Shown here piece by piece: positions 1 to 8,937 of a stretch of 32,000 nt of DNA (its first letter is position 1; each line of letters starts with the position of its first letter). Below the pieces are notes generated by a model. It searched no databases and had not been told where the DNA came from. It worked only from the letters and a program-made list of their open reading frames with translations. Position numbers and translations under genes: made by a program. Source of the stretch: Candidatus Electronema halotolerans (GTDB lineage: Bacteria > Desulfobacterota > Desulfobulbia > Desulfobulbales > Desulfobulbaceae); the NCBI GenBank assembly GCA_942493095.1, contig OW818675.1, forward strand, positions 1,950,001 to 1,982,000, given 5' to 3'.

Positions 1-490
1 GATTAAGCACATAGCTGCCGTCAACATAGCCGACCCGGCCCGCTGCCACTGGCCCGCTCCACGGAATATCGGACAAGGACAAGGCGACAGATGCGCCGTT
101 CATGGCGAGAATGTCAGGATTAATCTCGTCTTCTGCGGAAAAGACTGTGGCGATGACTTGGGTCTCGGCCCGCCACTTTTTTGGAAAAAGAGGCCGCAGA
201 GGCCGGTCAATCAAACGGCTGGTCAAGATTTCTTTTTCAGAAGGACGGCCAATTTCGCGGCGGAAGTAGTTGCCTGGAATCCGGCCCGCAGCGTAAAGCC
301 GCTCCTGATATTCTATGGTCAAAGGCATGAAGCCAATGTCATCTTTTGCACTTTTCTCCGCCACTGCTGTGACCAGAACTATCGTGTCTCCGCAGGAAAC
401 TGTCACCGAACCGCTGGCCTGCTTGGCCATCTTGCCTGTTTCAAACACTATGCTGCGATCACCGAGTGCGACTTCAAACCTTTTGTACAT
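1..490 (-). CDS. pnp: polyribonucleotide nucleotidyltransferase (PNPase), 5' part only; runs off the left edge
   Basis: Hand translation of the reverse strand from ATG (490-488) gives [43 protein letters not shown]...[44 protein letters not shown], the conserved PNPase N-terminal RNase-PH core. A GAGGAG Shine-Dalgarno lies 5 nt upstream. Position downstream of rpsO is canonical. It is missing from the ORF track only because it has no stop in the window. Confidence 0.93.
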   Translation of the reverse strand, partial: MYKRFEVALGDRSIVFETGKMAKQASGSVTVSCGDTIVLVTAVAEKSAKDDIGFMPLTIEYQERLYAAGRIPGNYFRREIGRPSEKEILTSRLIDRPLRPLFPKKWRAETQVIATVFSAEDEINPDILAMNGASVALSLSDIPWSGPVAAGRVGYVDGSYVLN

Positions 491-560
491 GCAAACTCCT
501 CTGCGTGCAAGTCCCGGACATATCAGGCCGGGTGTTCTTTCGTTATGCAATCAAATTCAT

Positions 561-595
561 GCCGCCATTTCATCCGAAAAGCAAGAAATGGCGGC
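561..595 (-). promoter_or_regulatory. perfect 11-bp-stem hairpin in the pnp 5' leader (possible processing/attenuation structure)
   Basis: gccgccatttc (561-571) and gaaatggcggc (585-595) are exact reverse complements separated by a 13-nt loop. The hairpin lies between the stop of the membrane ORF (609) and the pnp start (490). It is not followed by a clean U-tract. Confidence 0.4.
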
Positions 596-608
596 TTATC
601 TACTGTTA

Positions 609-1115
609 TTATGATGGTTTAATACTTTCAAATACCTTCGATGCCTTATTGACAGCATAAGGTGCAAACAAAGTAAGGCCAGCGGTCAAAAAAGTGACAA
701 CTTTATCGGCATCTTCTCCAAGTTCTCCACTTACAGCAAATCTGTAAAGAGCGAAGGTGCCAAAGCCAATAAAAAGCACCAGAATAGCGATCATGCCCAT
801 AAATGCAACAAGTCTGCTTGAACTTGCCCGCATTTCTACAATCTTTTCTTTATTTTCGCTATCTTTATTTGTCACCTCAACCGGTTCTGACAAAGCATCA
901 GAAAGAGACCACTCTGACTTGCCAGAGGCAAGAGCATTCTTTATATTTCTTAGGGTATAAAACAAAACAAAAAGAAAAAATACAATAACGCCATAGACAA
1001 AAAATGAATCTGGCGCATTAGCCGCTTTGCTCTGAGCAAAAGCAGGGGGTGAAAAGAGAAGAACTGAAAGAGCAGCGGCTTGAACAGAATAGAAAAAATT
1101 CCGGGATTGCATCAT
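609..1115 (-). CDS. hypothetical secreted/membrane protein (signal peptide plus about 3 hydrophobic helices), AT-rich insert between rpsO and pnp
   Basis: 168-aa ORF. The N-terminus MMQSRNFFYSVQAAALSVLLFSPPAFA|QS looks like a Sec signal peptide. Hydrophobic stretches are FFVYGVIVFFLFVLFYTL, LVAFMGMIAILVLFIGFGTFALY and VVTFLTAGLTLFAPYAV. A strong AGGAGG lies just upstream of the ATGATG start. I recognise no family. Confidence 0.6.
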   Translation of the reverse strand: MMQSRNFFYSVQAAALSVLLFSPPAFAQSKAANAPDSFFVYGVIVFFLFVLFYTLRNIKNALASGKSEWSLSDALSEPVEVTNKDSENKEKIVEMRASSSRLVAFMGMIAILVLFIGFGTFALYRFAVSGELGEDADKVVTFLTAGLTLFAPYAVNKASKVFESIKPS

Positions 1116-1148
1116 GTCCTCCTTTTTTAAGTATGAGATAATGAATTT

Positions 1149-1178
1149 CCTGCCATGCTACAGAACGTGCATGGCAGG
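1149..1178 (-). terminator. 10-bp perfect hairpin just downstream of rpsO (putative terminator/processing hairpin)
   Basis: cctgccatgc (1149-1158) and gcatggcagg (1169-1178) are exact reverse complements. The hairpin starts 16 nt after the rpsO stop. The downstream tract (AAAUUCAUUAUC) is A/U-rich but not a canonical U-run. Confidence 0.45.
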
Positions 1179-1193
1179 AAGTGCAGTGATGCC

Positions 1194-1463
1194 TTACTTT
1201 CTGATGCCCAAGGCCTGAATCAGGGTCCGATACCGGTTGATATCCTTCTTTTTCAGATAATTGAGCAGGCTGCGCCGGTGTCCGACCAGCTTGAGCAGGC
1301 CCCGCCGGGAATGATGATCCTTGGCATGGGTCTGGAAATGTTCGGTCAGATAGGTGATCCGGTCGGAAATCAGGGCAATCTGCACCTCCGGCGAGCCGGT
1401 GTCGTTCTCATGGGTGGCAAATTTGCTGATGATTTCCATCTTCTTTACTGTAGTCTGCACCAT
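1194..1463 (-). CDS. rpsO: 30S ribosomal protein S15
   Basis: 89 aa. Contains ...[48 protein letters not shown]..., the typical S15 sequence, and has the canonical position after truB. Confidence 0.97.
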   Translation of the reverse strand: MVQTTVKKMEIISKFATHENDTGSPEVQIALISDRITYLTEHFQTHAKDHHSRRGLLKLVGHRRSLLNYLKKKDINRYRTLIQALGIRK

Positions 1464-1621
1464 TTTGGCCTCCGAAAATCTGTTCCTTCTGCTGTCGGCA
1501 AAGCCTGCTTTTCCTCAGCCTCGCCGGAGTCTGGATACGCTTGCCTTCAATTTCCTGTCCGAGGAATGAGACAGAAACGGCAAGGACTGCTCCGCCCGCT
1601 GCGGAGCAGCCTGTATTTCAT

Positions 1622-2368
1622 TCATGCAGATGCGCTGCTGCTCAAGGCCTGCTCCACAGTCAGCATCTTCTGATGCAGGGCGGCACGGGCGGCCTCGCGG
1701 TCATCAGCAAAGAGCAGGCTGCCATCAACAGCCTCTTCCACTACAAAGCCGCCGCTCCGGGTGCGGCGCAGCGCGGTCAGATACGCACCACAGCCGATTT
1801 TGCTGCCGATGTCTGCGGCCAGCACCCGGATGTAAGTACCCCGGCTGCACGACACCGTGCAGGCAAGGCGGGCTGTTTCTTCAGCATACTGCCTCAGCTC
1901 CAAGCTGTAAATCTCAATCTGCTTGGCTTCCTTTTCAATGATGATGCCTTGGCGGGCATAGTCATACAAGGGTCGGCCCTGATGCTTGGCAGCAGAATAG
2001 GCGGGCGGAGCCTGCAGCTGCGGCCCGACAAAATTGCCCAGCAGGGCGGCGAGTTCTGCCTCAGTCAGCTTTGGCACTGGCCTGACCGCTGTCACCTGCC
2101 CTTCCGGGTCCAGCGTCGTTGTTTCTTGGCCGAGCTGAATGACCGCCTCGTAAGTTTTCCGGCCTGCCATGAACTGGTCAATGTGCTTGGTCGCAGGCCG
2201 TCCGATGCAAAGAATGAGCAGGCCGCTGGCAAAAGGGTCCAACGTGCCTGCATGACCAATCTTTTTAATTTCCAGCAGCCGCCGCAGCCGCTGCACCACT
2301 GCAAAGGAGGTTGGCCCGGCAGGCTTGTCAACCAGCACTGCTCCGGCCTCTGCGTCTGCCAGATTCAC
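1622..2368 (-). CDS. truB: tRNA pseudouridine(55) synthase TruB
   Basis: 248 aa. Contains VLVDKPAGPTSFAVV and the catalytic-Asp motif GHAGTLDPFASGLL. ATGA overlap with the upstream DHH gene. Confidence 0.93.
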   Translation of the reverse strand: MNLADAEAGAVLVDKPAGPTSFAVVQRLRRLLEIKKIGHAGTLDPFASGLLILCIGRPATKHIDQFMAGRKTYEAVIQLGQETTTLDPEGQVTAVRPVPKLTEAELAALLGNFVGPQLQAPPAYSAAKHQGRPLYDYARQGIIIEKEAKQIEIYSLELRQYAEETARLACTVSCSRGTYIRVLAADIGSKIGCGAYLTALRRTRSGGFVVEEAVDGSLLFADDREAARAALHQKMLTVEQALSSSASA

Positions 2369-3513
2369 CCTGCTCCGCCTGCCGCCTGCAACGCTTCTTC
2401 CAGCACCGGCATCAGCACGGCCTGCATCTGCTCCAAGCTGAGATCATGGAGCCGGAAGCCAGCTGCGTTCCGATGTCCGCCGCCGCCAAACTGGGCCGCC
2501 ACCTTGGCCACATCGCAGTCGCCTTTGGCCCGCAGACTGACCGATATTTCCCGGTTCTCCTTCTCCTTGAGCAGCACGGCGACCCGCACCGTGCCCACGG
2601 AGCGGGGAAAATTGATCAGGCTGTCGCAGTCCTCGTAAGTGGTGCCGGTTGTCTGCAGCATCTTCTGGGAAACCTGCATCATGGCAACCTGATCATCACG
2701 GAAGGTCTGAAGCGTGGCCAAGACTAATTGCAGGAGCTGAAGACTGCCAAAGGTGGCCTGAGCATAGAGTTGCTCGCTGATTTCGGCAGGCTTGGCCCCC
2801 CGTTCCATGAGCCGGGCTGCCACGGCAAAGGTGTGGCTGGAGACAGCATCGTACTGAAAGGAGCCAGTGTCGGTGACAAGGGCTGTGTAGAGGCATTTGG
2901 CCGCTGCCGGGGAAACGCTTTCGGCCAAGCCCATGTCTGCGGCCAGATCATAGACCATTTCCCCAGTTGAGGAACGGTGCGGTTCAATCCAGTGCAAGTC
3001 GCCAAAGCCGTCATTGCTCTGATGGTGATCGATCACGGCAAACGGCCTGATTTTCCGCAGGGCCTCCCCGTTCTTGCCCAATCTGCTCAAGTCGCCGCAG
3101 TCAAGGCAGATGCCCATGATGTTCTGGCCGCATTCCTGAACAAAGGCGGCAACCTGCCCGATGTCAGTCTCAATCCGCAGCAGATCATGGACGCGAAATG
3201 CCGCCGCCTTTCTGAGATCGGTTTTACGCCGCAGCATGTCCTTGACAAGGAACTGGCCCAGTGTTCCGAGCGGCTCCTCAAAATAACAGAGCACCTGCCT
3301 GCCAGTCATGCTGAGAATGTCAGCCAGCCCCAGCGTGGCCCCCAGCGCGTCGCCGTCAGGCCGGACATGCGTAGCCAAGACAATATTCTGCGCTTGTTCA
3401 ATCGCCTGACGTATTCTCGTTCTCTTCACTGTCCCTGTCTTCCACAGCTCGTTCCTTATTGATTTGGGTGAAGAGCCGTTCCAGCCGTTCCAGCTCCTCG
3501 CTCTGCCGGTCAT
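2365..3513 (-). CDS. DHH/DHHA1 family phosphoesterase (NrnA-like oligoribonuclease/pAp phosphatase)
   Basis: Motifs HVRPDGDALG, DHH (VIDHHQSN) and C-terminal GGGH (FGGGGHRNAAG). The track start at 3513 overlaps rbfA by 116 nt. A GTG at 3429 (VKRTRIRQAIE...) is a more likely start, so the 5' end is uncertain. Confidence 0.85.
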   Translation of the reverse strand: MTGRARSWNGWNGSSPKSIRNELWKTGTVKRTRIRQAIEQAQNIVLATHVRPDGDALGATLGLADILSMTGRQVLCYFEEPLGTLGQFLVKDMLRRKTDLRKAAAFRVHDLLRIETDIGQVAAFVQECGQNIMGICLDCGDLSRLGKNGEALRKIRPFAVIDHHQSNDGFGDLHWIEPHRSSTGEMVYDLAADMGLAESVSPAAAKCLYTALVTDTGSFQYDAVSSHTFAVAARLMERGAKPAEISEQLYAQATFGSLQLLQLVLATLQTFRDDQVAMMQVSQKMLQTTGTTYEDCDSLINFPRSVGTVRVAVLLKEKENREISVSLRAKGDCDVAKVAAQFGGGGHRNAAGFRLHDLSLEQMQAVLMPVLEEALQAAGGAG

Positions 3514-3829
3514 GAAAAAAAAGCAGTTCCGGCGTGCAGCGCAGATTGAGCGTCCGAGCCAAATGAGAGCGGAAAAAGCCGCCCGCCCGCCGCATGGCTT
3601 TCAGAGCTTGGCCGGGATCAGCTCCTGCCTCAGCTGCAAACCAGATTTTGGCCTGCTTGAGATCAGGACTTATCTGCACCTTGGAAATGGACACCCCCCG
3701 GAGCCGGGCATCCCGCGCCTTCTGGCGGAGCAGAATGGATAGCTCCTGAAAGACTGCTTCAGCCACCCGTTCAGGTCGGGAGCTTTTGGGCCGTCCCAGT
3801 CCGGGCAGGGTGAAATCAAACTTGTCCAT
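3398..3829 (-). CDS. rbfA: ribosome-binding factor A
   Basis: 143 aa. Contains RPERVAEAVFQELSILL...VSISKVQISPDLKQAKIWF, typical of RbfA. Position directly after infB. Confidence 0.9.
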   Translation of the reverse strand: MDKFDFTLPGLGRPKSSRPERVAEAVFQELSILLRQKARDARLRGVSISKVQISPDLKQAKIWFAAEAGADPGQALKAMRRAGGFFRSHLARTLNLRCTPELLFFHDRQSEELERLERLFTQINKERAVEDRDSEENENTSGD

Positions 3830-3838
3830 GCCAGTATT

Positions 3839-6451
3839 CTACAGCGTGGCCGCCACTTGATCGACGAAAAATGCTTCCAAGCTGTCGCCGATTTTGAGGT
3901 CATTGTATTTTTCCACGCCAATGCCGCATTCATAGCCGCTGGCAACCTCTTTGACATCGTCTTTGAAGCGGCGCAAGGAGCTGATCTTGCCGGTGTAGAT
4001 GACCACCGACTCGCGCAGTACCCGGACATGGGCGTTGCGCTCAATCTTGCCCTCACTGACCATGCAGCCAGCAATAGTGCCAATCTTGGGCACAGAGAAG
4101 GTATCGCGCACTTCTGCCGAGCCGATCACCCGCTCGCGCAGCTCCGGCTCAAGCATTCCAGCCATTGCCTTTTCAATGTCCTCAAGGGCATGATAGATGA
4201 CATCATAGGTGCGGATATCCACGCCCTCGCGTTCAGCCAGCTCCTTGATTTTGGCCGCAGGCCGGACATTGAAGCCGATGATCACCGCATCTGAGGCGGA
4301 AGCGAGAAGAATGTCGTTCTCCGTGATCGCGCCCGCGCCCTCGTGCAGAATCCGCACTCTGACCTCGTCGGTGGAGAGATTTTCCGCCGCCTGGCCAAAG
4401 GCCTGCAAGGTGCCCTGCACATCAGCCCGCAGCACCACCCGCAGCTCCTTCATCTTCTGCTCGGCCATCTTTTCAAAGAGATTGCCAAGCGAAACCTTGG
4501 ATGCCGAAGCCAGTTCAACTTCGCGGCTCTTGAGCTGACGGGAGTCAGAAACCGCCTTGGCCATCTTCTCATCCTTGACCACCATGAACTCGTCGCCAGC
4601 CTGCGGCACCCCGGACAAGCCCTGCACCTCGACCGGAATCGACGGCCTGGCCTCAGTCACCAGCTCGCCCCGGTCATTCATCAGGCTGCGCACCTTGCCG
4701 CTGAACTGACCGGCAATGAACCACTCACCTGCCCGCAGGGTGCCTTCCTGAACCAGCACTGTGGCCACTGGCCCCCGGCCCTTGTGGAGCTGGGCCTCAA
4801 TGACCGTGCCCCGCGCCTTCCGGTTGGGGTCAGCGGACAGCTCGAGAATTTCCGCCTGGAGCTGAATGCTTTCCAGCAGCTCGGCAATGCCGATGCCCTT
4901 TTTGGCCGAGGTCTCGCAGAACATGGTGCTGCCGCCCCAAGCCTCCGGGAGCAGGTTGAACTCGCCCAGCTCGCGCATCACCCTGGTTGAATCCGCGCCG
5001 TCCTTGTCGATTTTGTTGATCGCCACCACAATCGGCACTTCAGCAGCTTTGGCATGGGCAATGGCCTCCTTGGTCTGCTCCATGACTCCGTCATCCGCAG
5101 CCACGACCAGCACGACAATGTCCGTGACCTTGGCCCCGCGTGAGCGCATCTCGGTGAAGGCGGCATGGCCGGGCGTGTCAACAAAGGTGATGTCGCCGGA
5201 CGGGGCCTGCACATGATAGGCACCGATGTGCTGGGTGATGCCGCCCGCTTCGCCCGCAGCCACGTCAGTGCGGCGGATTGCGTCGAGAATTGAGGTCTTG
5301 CCGTGATCAACATGGCCCATGACCGTGACCACTGGGAAGCGCGGCTTTTTCTCGCCGCCCCGTTCTTCCTCCTGAAGGGCCTCAACGCCCAGTTCCTCGG
5401 TCATGCCCTGTTCGATCTCGTAGCCAAAATCCGAGGCCACCAGTGAGGCGGTGTCAACATCCAAGGACTGATTAAGGGTGGCCAGCACGCCGAGTCCCAT
5501 CAGCTTGCTGATGATCTCGCCCGCCTTGACTCCCATCCGCTTGGCCAAATCACCAACCGTGATGGTCTCAAAAACCGTGATCCGCCGCTTGATGGCCTTG
5601 CTTTCCGTGATCGGAGTGGAAGCGATTTTTTTGCGCCGCTTGTCCCTCCTGCCGCGTCCGCGCATGGACTGCGCCAGCTCCTCGCCAGTGTTGGAGAAGC
5701 CGGTTGACTGCCGCCCCTTGCTCCGTCCGCCTTTGCCGCCTTTTTTCCGGCTGTCATCAGCAGCATTGCCGACCGCGACCACCCGTTTGCCTTTTTTCCG
5801 GCCTCTGCCATCGCCAGTGTTTGGCATCGCAGCCGCAGCATCAGACAGATTGCGGCCAGTCTGCGGTCGGGGACCAGTCCGGCTTGGCTTTCTTGGTTCC
5901 GGCACAGAAGAAGGCGCAACCGGAATATTAACTTGGCCGACTATTCTGGCCAGCCCTTTGGGGCGGCGCGGCTCCCGATTGCCGCCAGTCTTGTCAGCCG
6001 GCTGCCCGCCTGATTTCGCCTCCTTGCCGCCGGTCTTGTCAGCAGGGACATTTTTTTTGACCTCTGCCGGAGGAGCATCGGTCTTTTCCGCCTGCGGCTG
6101 CTCAGAATGCCCTTTTTCAGCTTCTCTTTTCAATCTGGCCTGTTCGGCGGCAGCTTTGGCTGCCTCCTCCTTCCTGGCAATTTTCTCCTTCTGGTCCCTG
6201 GATCTGCGCCGGACCACTGCCGCCGCTCTGTCAGGCATCTCAGCACCTCTGTCTTTGATTTCTATTGGCCTGCCCGTGATTTCGGCAGCAGCCTTGCTCA
6301 ACACTTTACGACGTATTTCCGCAGCCATCTCGCTGTCAATGGTTGAACTGGGACTTTTGACCGGGTAGCCCATTGCCGCCAGCCTGTCTGCCAAGTCTTT
6401 GCTCTTGAGACCGGCCTCTTTGGCCAGATCGTAAATCCGGATCCTGCTCAT
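3839..6451 (-). CDS. infB: translation initiation factor IF-2
   Basis: 870 aa. Low-complexity K/R/G/A-rich N-terminal region, then the GTPase domain (VTVMGHVDHGKTSILD, DTPGH, NKID). GGGAG RBS upstream. Confidence 0.98.
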   Translation of the reverse strand: MSRIRIYDLAKEAGLKSKDLADRLAAMGYPVKSPSSTIDSEMAAEIRRKVLSKAAAEITGRPIEIKDRGAEMPDRAAAVVRRRSRDQKEKIARKEEAAKAAAEQARLKREAEKGHSEQPQAEKTDAPPAEVKKNVPADKTGGKEAKSGGQPADKTGGNREPRRPKGLARIVGQVNIPVAPSSVPEPRKPSRTGPRPQTGRNLSDAAAAMPNTGDGRGRKKGKRVVAVGNAADDSRKKGGKGGRSKGRQSTGFSNTGEELAQSMRGRGRRDKRRKKIASTPITESKAIKRRITVFETITVGDLAKRMGVKAGEIISKLMGLGVLATLNQSLDVDTASLVASDFGYEIEQGMTEELGVEALQEEERGGEKKPRFPVVTVMGHVDHGKTSILDAIRRTDVAAGEAGGITQHIGAYHVQAPSGDITFVDTPGHAAFTEMRSRGAKVTDIVVLVVAADDGVMEQTKEAIAHAKAAEVPIVVAINKIDKDGADSTRVMRELGEFNLLPEAWGGSTMFCETSAKKGIGIAELLESIQLQAEILELSADPNRKARGTVIEAQLHKGRGPVATVLVQEGTLRAGEWFIAGQFSGKVRSLMNDRGELVTEARPSIPVEVQGLSGVPQAGDEFMVVKDEKMAKAVSDSRQLKSREVELASASKVSLGNLFEKMAEQKMKELRVVLRADVQGTLQAFGQAAENLSTDEVRVRILHEGAGAITENDILLASASDAVIIGFNVRPAAKIKELAEREGVDIRTYDVIYHALEDIEKAMAGMLEPELRERVIGSAEVRDTFSVPKIGTIAGCMVSEGKIERNAHVRVLRESVVIYTGKISSLRRFKDDVKEVASGYECGIGVEKYNDLKIGDSLEAFFVDQVAATL

Positions 6452-6493
6452 CAGTTGCTCCCGTAAACCTTTCCTGCCGCTGCCTGCGGCGGC

Positions 6494-6715
6494 TTAAAGA
6501 CGAAAGGCCCGCTTCAAGCCTTTTTTGTTCTTTTCCAGCCGCATGCGGCATTGCTCATTCTTGCAGCAGTAAACACCTCTCCCAGGCAGGCCCTCACCGC
6601 TGTCCTCTCTCACCACGCCGTTGGCCAGCACCAGCCGTGTCAGCTCCGAGGCAGGCTTTTTCTGACCGCAGCCTTTGCAGGTGCGGATCGGAACATGCCC
6701 TCTGCTCATTGGCAC
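6494..6715 (-). CDS. ylxR: YlxR/DUF448 family RNA-binding protein
   Basis: 73 aa. Contains PIRTCKGCGQKKPASELTRLV...GRGVYCC, the YlxR signature, in the classical slot between nusA and infB. Confidence 0.85.
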   Translation of the reverse strand: MPMSRGHVPIRTCKGCGQKKPASELTRLVLANGVVREDSGEGLPGRGVYCCKNEQCRMRLEKNKKGLKRAFRL

Positions 6716-6717
6716 TG

Positions 6718-8043
6718 TCAGGCCTCTGCTTCGTCCGCGCCGCTGTCCTGCGGCATGGTGGTGAATAGCTGCTCATCCTCTTTGGCAGTGTCGGCGGCCT
6801 GCAGCTTGAGCAAGGCGGCCTGATCCTCATCCACCTCAGCAAACTGACTGATGTCAGCAAGCGAGGCAGCGGCAAGCTGTTCCGCTGAAGCAATGCCTGC
6901 CCGGCTCAAGTTCTCTGCCTCCTCCTCAGTCAAGCCGTTCTCAGTCAGGAACCGCATCCACTCAGGATCAATTGCCTCCTCATCCACCGGGATATCCGCC
7001 TCAGCAGCCTGCTGCTCGTTTTTGACATCAATCCGCCAGCCCACCAATTTGGAGGCAAGACGCACATTCTGGCCTTGACGGCCAATGGCCAAAGAAAGCT
7101 GATCATCAGGGACCATGACCAGCAGGGAATGCAGGTCCTCATCGACCACCACAGTGCTGACCACTGCCGGGGCCAAGGCATTGCAGACATATTTGGCCGG
7201 ATCAGGACTCCACGGGACAATGTCAATCCGCTCGCCCTGCAATTCCTGGACCACATTCTGCACCCGCGCCCCTTTCACACCCACGCAGGCGCCGACCGGG
7301 TCCACATCCGACTCAGTCGAGGTGACGGCGATTTTGGCCCGAAAGCCTGGCTCACGGGCCGCACCCATAATTTTGACAATGCCTTCGGCAATCTCCGGCA
7401 CTTCCATGTCAAAAAGACTGATCAGAAATTCGTTGCAGGTGCGGCTGAGAACAAGCTGCGAGTCGCGGCTTTCCTGACGCACCTCTTGGAGATAGGCCCG
7501 GATGCGGTCGCCCTGCTTGTAGGAGCGTTTGGGTATCTGGCCCTCGCGGGGCAGGACCGCGTCAGTGCGGCCTAAGTTGACAATCATCGCCCCCCGTTCA
7601 AAACGCTGGACTATGCCATTGACCACTGTGCCTTCCCGGTCGCGGAACATGTCGAAAATCACTTCCCGCTCCGCGTCCCGCATCCGATGGATGATCACCT
7701 GCTTGGCTGACTGAGCCGCGATCCGGCCCAGCTCGGAGACGCTCTCCATCTTCTCGCCCAGATCCTCTTCCAGCTCAATGTCCGGGACCAGCTTGCGGGC
7801 CTCGTCAACATGAACTTCGGTCTCCTCATCCCAGACATCGTCAACCACGGTGCGGTAGCGAAAAATCTCCACCTCGCCCAGCTCTTCGTTGAACTGCACC
7901 TCCACATCCCGCTTGCCGCCGTATTTTTTCCGCACTGCCGAGCGCACCGCCTCCTCAATCGCCTCCACCATCAGCGCGCGGTCTATGCCCTTGTCCCGGC
8001 AGATTTGATCAAGTATCCGTTTTAAATTCTCTCCACCTGACAT
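6718..8043 (-). CDS. nusA: transcription termination/antitermination factor NusA
   Basis: 441 aa. N-terminal domain, S1 and KH regions (GTVVNGIVQRFERGAMIVNLG; PVGACVGVKGARVQNVVQEL; AIGRQGQNVRLASKLVGWRIDV). Acidic C-terminal tail. Confidence 0.97.
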   Translation of the reverse strand: MSGGENLKRILDQICRDKGIDRALMVEAIEEAVRSAVRKKYGGKRDVEVQFNEELGEVEIFRYRTVVDDVWDEETEVHVDEARKLVPDIELEEDLGEKMESVSELGRIAAQSAKQVIIHRMRDAEREVIFDMFRDREGTVVNGIVQRFERGAMIVNLGRTDAVLPREGQIPKRSYKQGDRIRAYLQEVRQESRDSQLVLSRTCNEFLISLFDMEVPEIAEGIVKIMGAAREPGFRAKIAVTSTESDVDPVGACVGVKGARVQNVVQELQGERIDIVPWSPDPAKYVCNALAPAVVSTVVVDEDLHSLLVMVPDDQLSLAIGRQGQNVRLASKLVGWRIDVKNEQQAAEADIPVDEEAIDPEWMRFLTENGLTEEEAENLSRAGIASAEQLAAASLADISQFAEVDEDQAALLKLQAADTAKEDEQLFTTMPQDSGADEAEA

Positions 8044-8099
8044 GCTTTCTCTCTCCTCCGGTGCGCCGTTGTTTGGCAGCAGCCTCGGTTTCCTATATT

Positions 8100-8591
8100 C
8101 TACAGGCTCAGACGGGCTTTCGCCACTGCATCGAGCGCAAAGGTCATCGGCCCGGCCTGGTCCGCATCCAGAATGATCCGCCTGTGTTCCGCATCCGCCG
8201 CTGTCAGCGTGCCGGAAAAGACATATTCGCCGTTGACTGGCTCCTTGAGTTTGATTCTGACCCGGCGGCCCGCAAAACGGACAAAATCCTCCAACCGCTT
8301 CAGGGGCCGTTCCGCTCCGGGCGACGAGACTTCCAAGGTGTAGGCATGGCTGATCAGGTCTTCCGCCTCCAGACAGGCACTGACCTGCCTGCTCACCGAC
8401 GCGCAGTCATCCACGTTCACGCCGCCCTGCTCCCGGTCAATGAACAGGCGCAGGACCCAGCCCGACTCCTGCCGGAACTGCGCTTCAACCAGCTCCAGCC
8501 CCATTTCCTCGGCAATCGGGCGGGCAAACCCCTCTACCGCCTTGATGATCCGATCCGCGCTCACAGCCTCCCGCCTTTCAATTTCTTGCAA
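8100..8591 (-). CDS. rimP: ribosome maturation factor RimP
   Basis: 163 aa. Contains GLELVEAQFRQESGWVLRLFIDRE...TLEVSSPGAERPLK, typical of RimP. Immediately upstream of nusA. Confidence 0.9.
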   Translation of the reverse strand: MQEIERREAVSADRIIKAVEGFARPIAEEMGLELVEAQFRQESGWVLRLFIDREQGGVNVDDCASVSRQVSACLEAEDLISHAYTLEVSSPGAERPLKRLEDFVRFAGRRVRIKLKEPVNGEYVFSGTLTAADAEHRRIILDADQAGPMTFALDAVAKARLSL

Positions 8592-8598
8592 AAAGACA

Positions 8599-8622
8599 AT
8601 AAAAAAAGCGGGCCAAGCCCAC
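8599..8622 (-). terminator. intrinsic terminator/attenuator between tRNA-Gly and rimP
   Basis: The minus-strand RNA reads GUGGGCuugGCCCGC followed by UUUUUUUAUU. Hairpin at 8608-8622, U-run at 8601-8607. A second 9-bp hairpin (8648-8671) lies just 3' of the tRNA. Confidence 0.55.
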
Positions 8623-8695
8623 TTTCACAAAATTCCGTCAATGCGCACTGTTTCTTCTTGCAAAGAAACAGCAGGCTGACCAGCCGGACCACCTC

Positions 8696-8771
8696 TGGAG
8701 CGGGTAACGGGGTTCGAACCCGTGGCCCCAAGCTTGGGAAGCTTGTGCTCTGCCAACTGAGCTACACCCGC
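8696..8771 (-). tRNA. tRNA-Gly (anticodon CCC), CCA encoded
   Basis: The reverse complement folds by hand into a cloverleaf. Acceptor GCGGGUG/UACCCGC. D arm GCUCAGUUGGCAGAGC. Anticodon stem CAAGC/GCUUG with loop UUCCCAA. T arm ACGGGUUCGAACCCCGU. Discriminator U plus CCA. 76 nt. Confidence 0.9.
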
Positions 8772-8803
8772 TCTGCCTGCTGTCACGCCCTGCGGACTGT
8801 GTC

Positions 8804-8832
8804 TATATAGACAATATCTTGTTTCCTGTCAA
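8804..8832 (-). promoter_or_regulatory. near-consensus sigma-70 promoter for the tRNA-Gly/rimP-nusA-infB transcript
   Basis: The minus strand reads TTGACA (8832-8827), a 17-nt spacer, then TATATA (8809-8804), about 30 nt upstream of the mature tRNA 5' end. The -10 is embedded in a perfect 14-bp palindrome TGTCTATATAGACA (8799-8812). Confidence 0.6.
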
Positions 8833-8937
8833 GGGGCAATGCGCAAAATACGGCTGGCGCACGCAACTTGCCCTTGCAATTCCGCATCAGGTCATCTACA
8901 GTTTCTCATTCTTTTCTTTTCTGCATCCTTGCGAGCC

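Noticed and set aside
1541-2638. 365-aa plus-strand ORF, with similar cases at 5478-6368, 8061-8810 and 21333-22340
   Set aside because: They are antisense to truB/DHH, infB, rimP plus tRNA, and zwf respectively. The minus-strand products are clearly the real, conserved proteins.
5600-6300. Low-complexity, repeat-like K/R/G/A/P-rich stretch in infB as a possible insertion or repeat array
   Set aside because: A variable, charged, low-complexity N-terminal region is a normal feature of bacterial IF-2. The frame is continuous and in phase with the GTPase domain.
8855-8878. TGGCGCACGCAACTTGCCCTTGC, a sigma-54-like motif upstream of the PHP gene
   Set aside because: The GG-to-GC spacing is 13-14 nt (or about 20 nt to the second TTGC) rather than the required 12 nt, so it does not fit a -24/-12 promoter.
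8839-8937. N-terminal extensions of track ORFs: 8839 for the PHP gene, 11428 for pseudopilin 1, 13814 for pilX, 22680-22979 for zwf, and 3430-3513 for the DHH gene
   Set aside because: The extensions lack similarity to the respective families. They overlap upstream genes or promoters, and better-placed internal starts exist.
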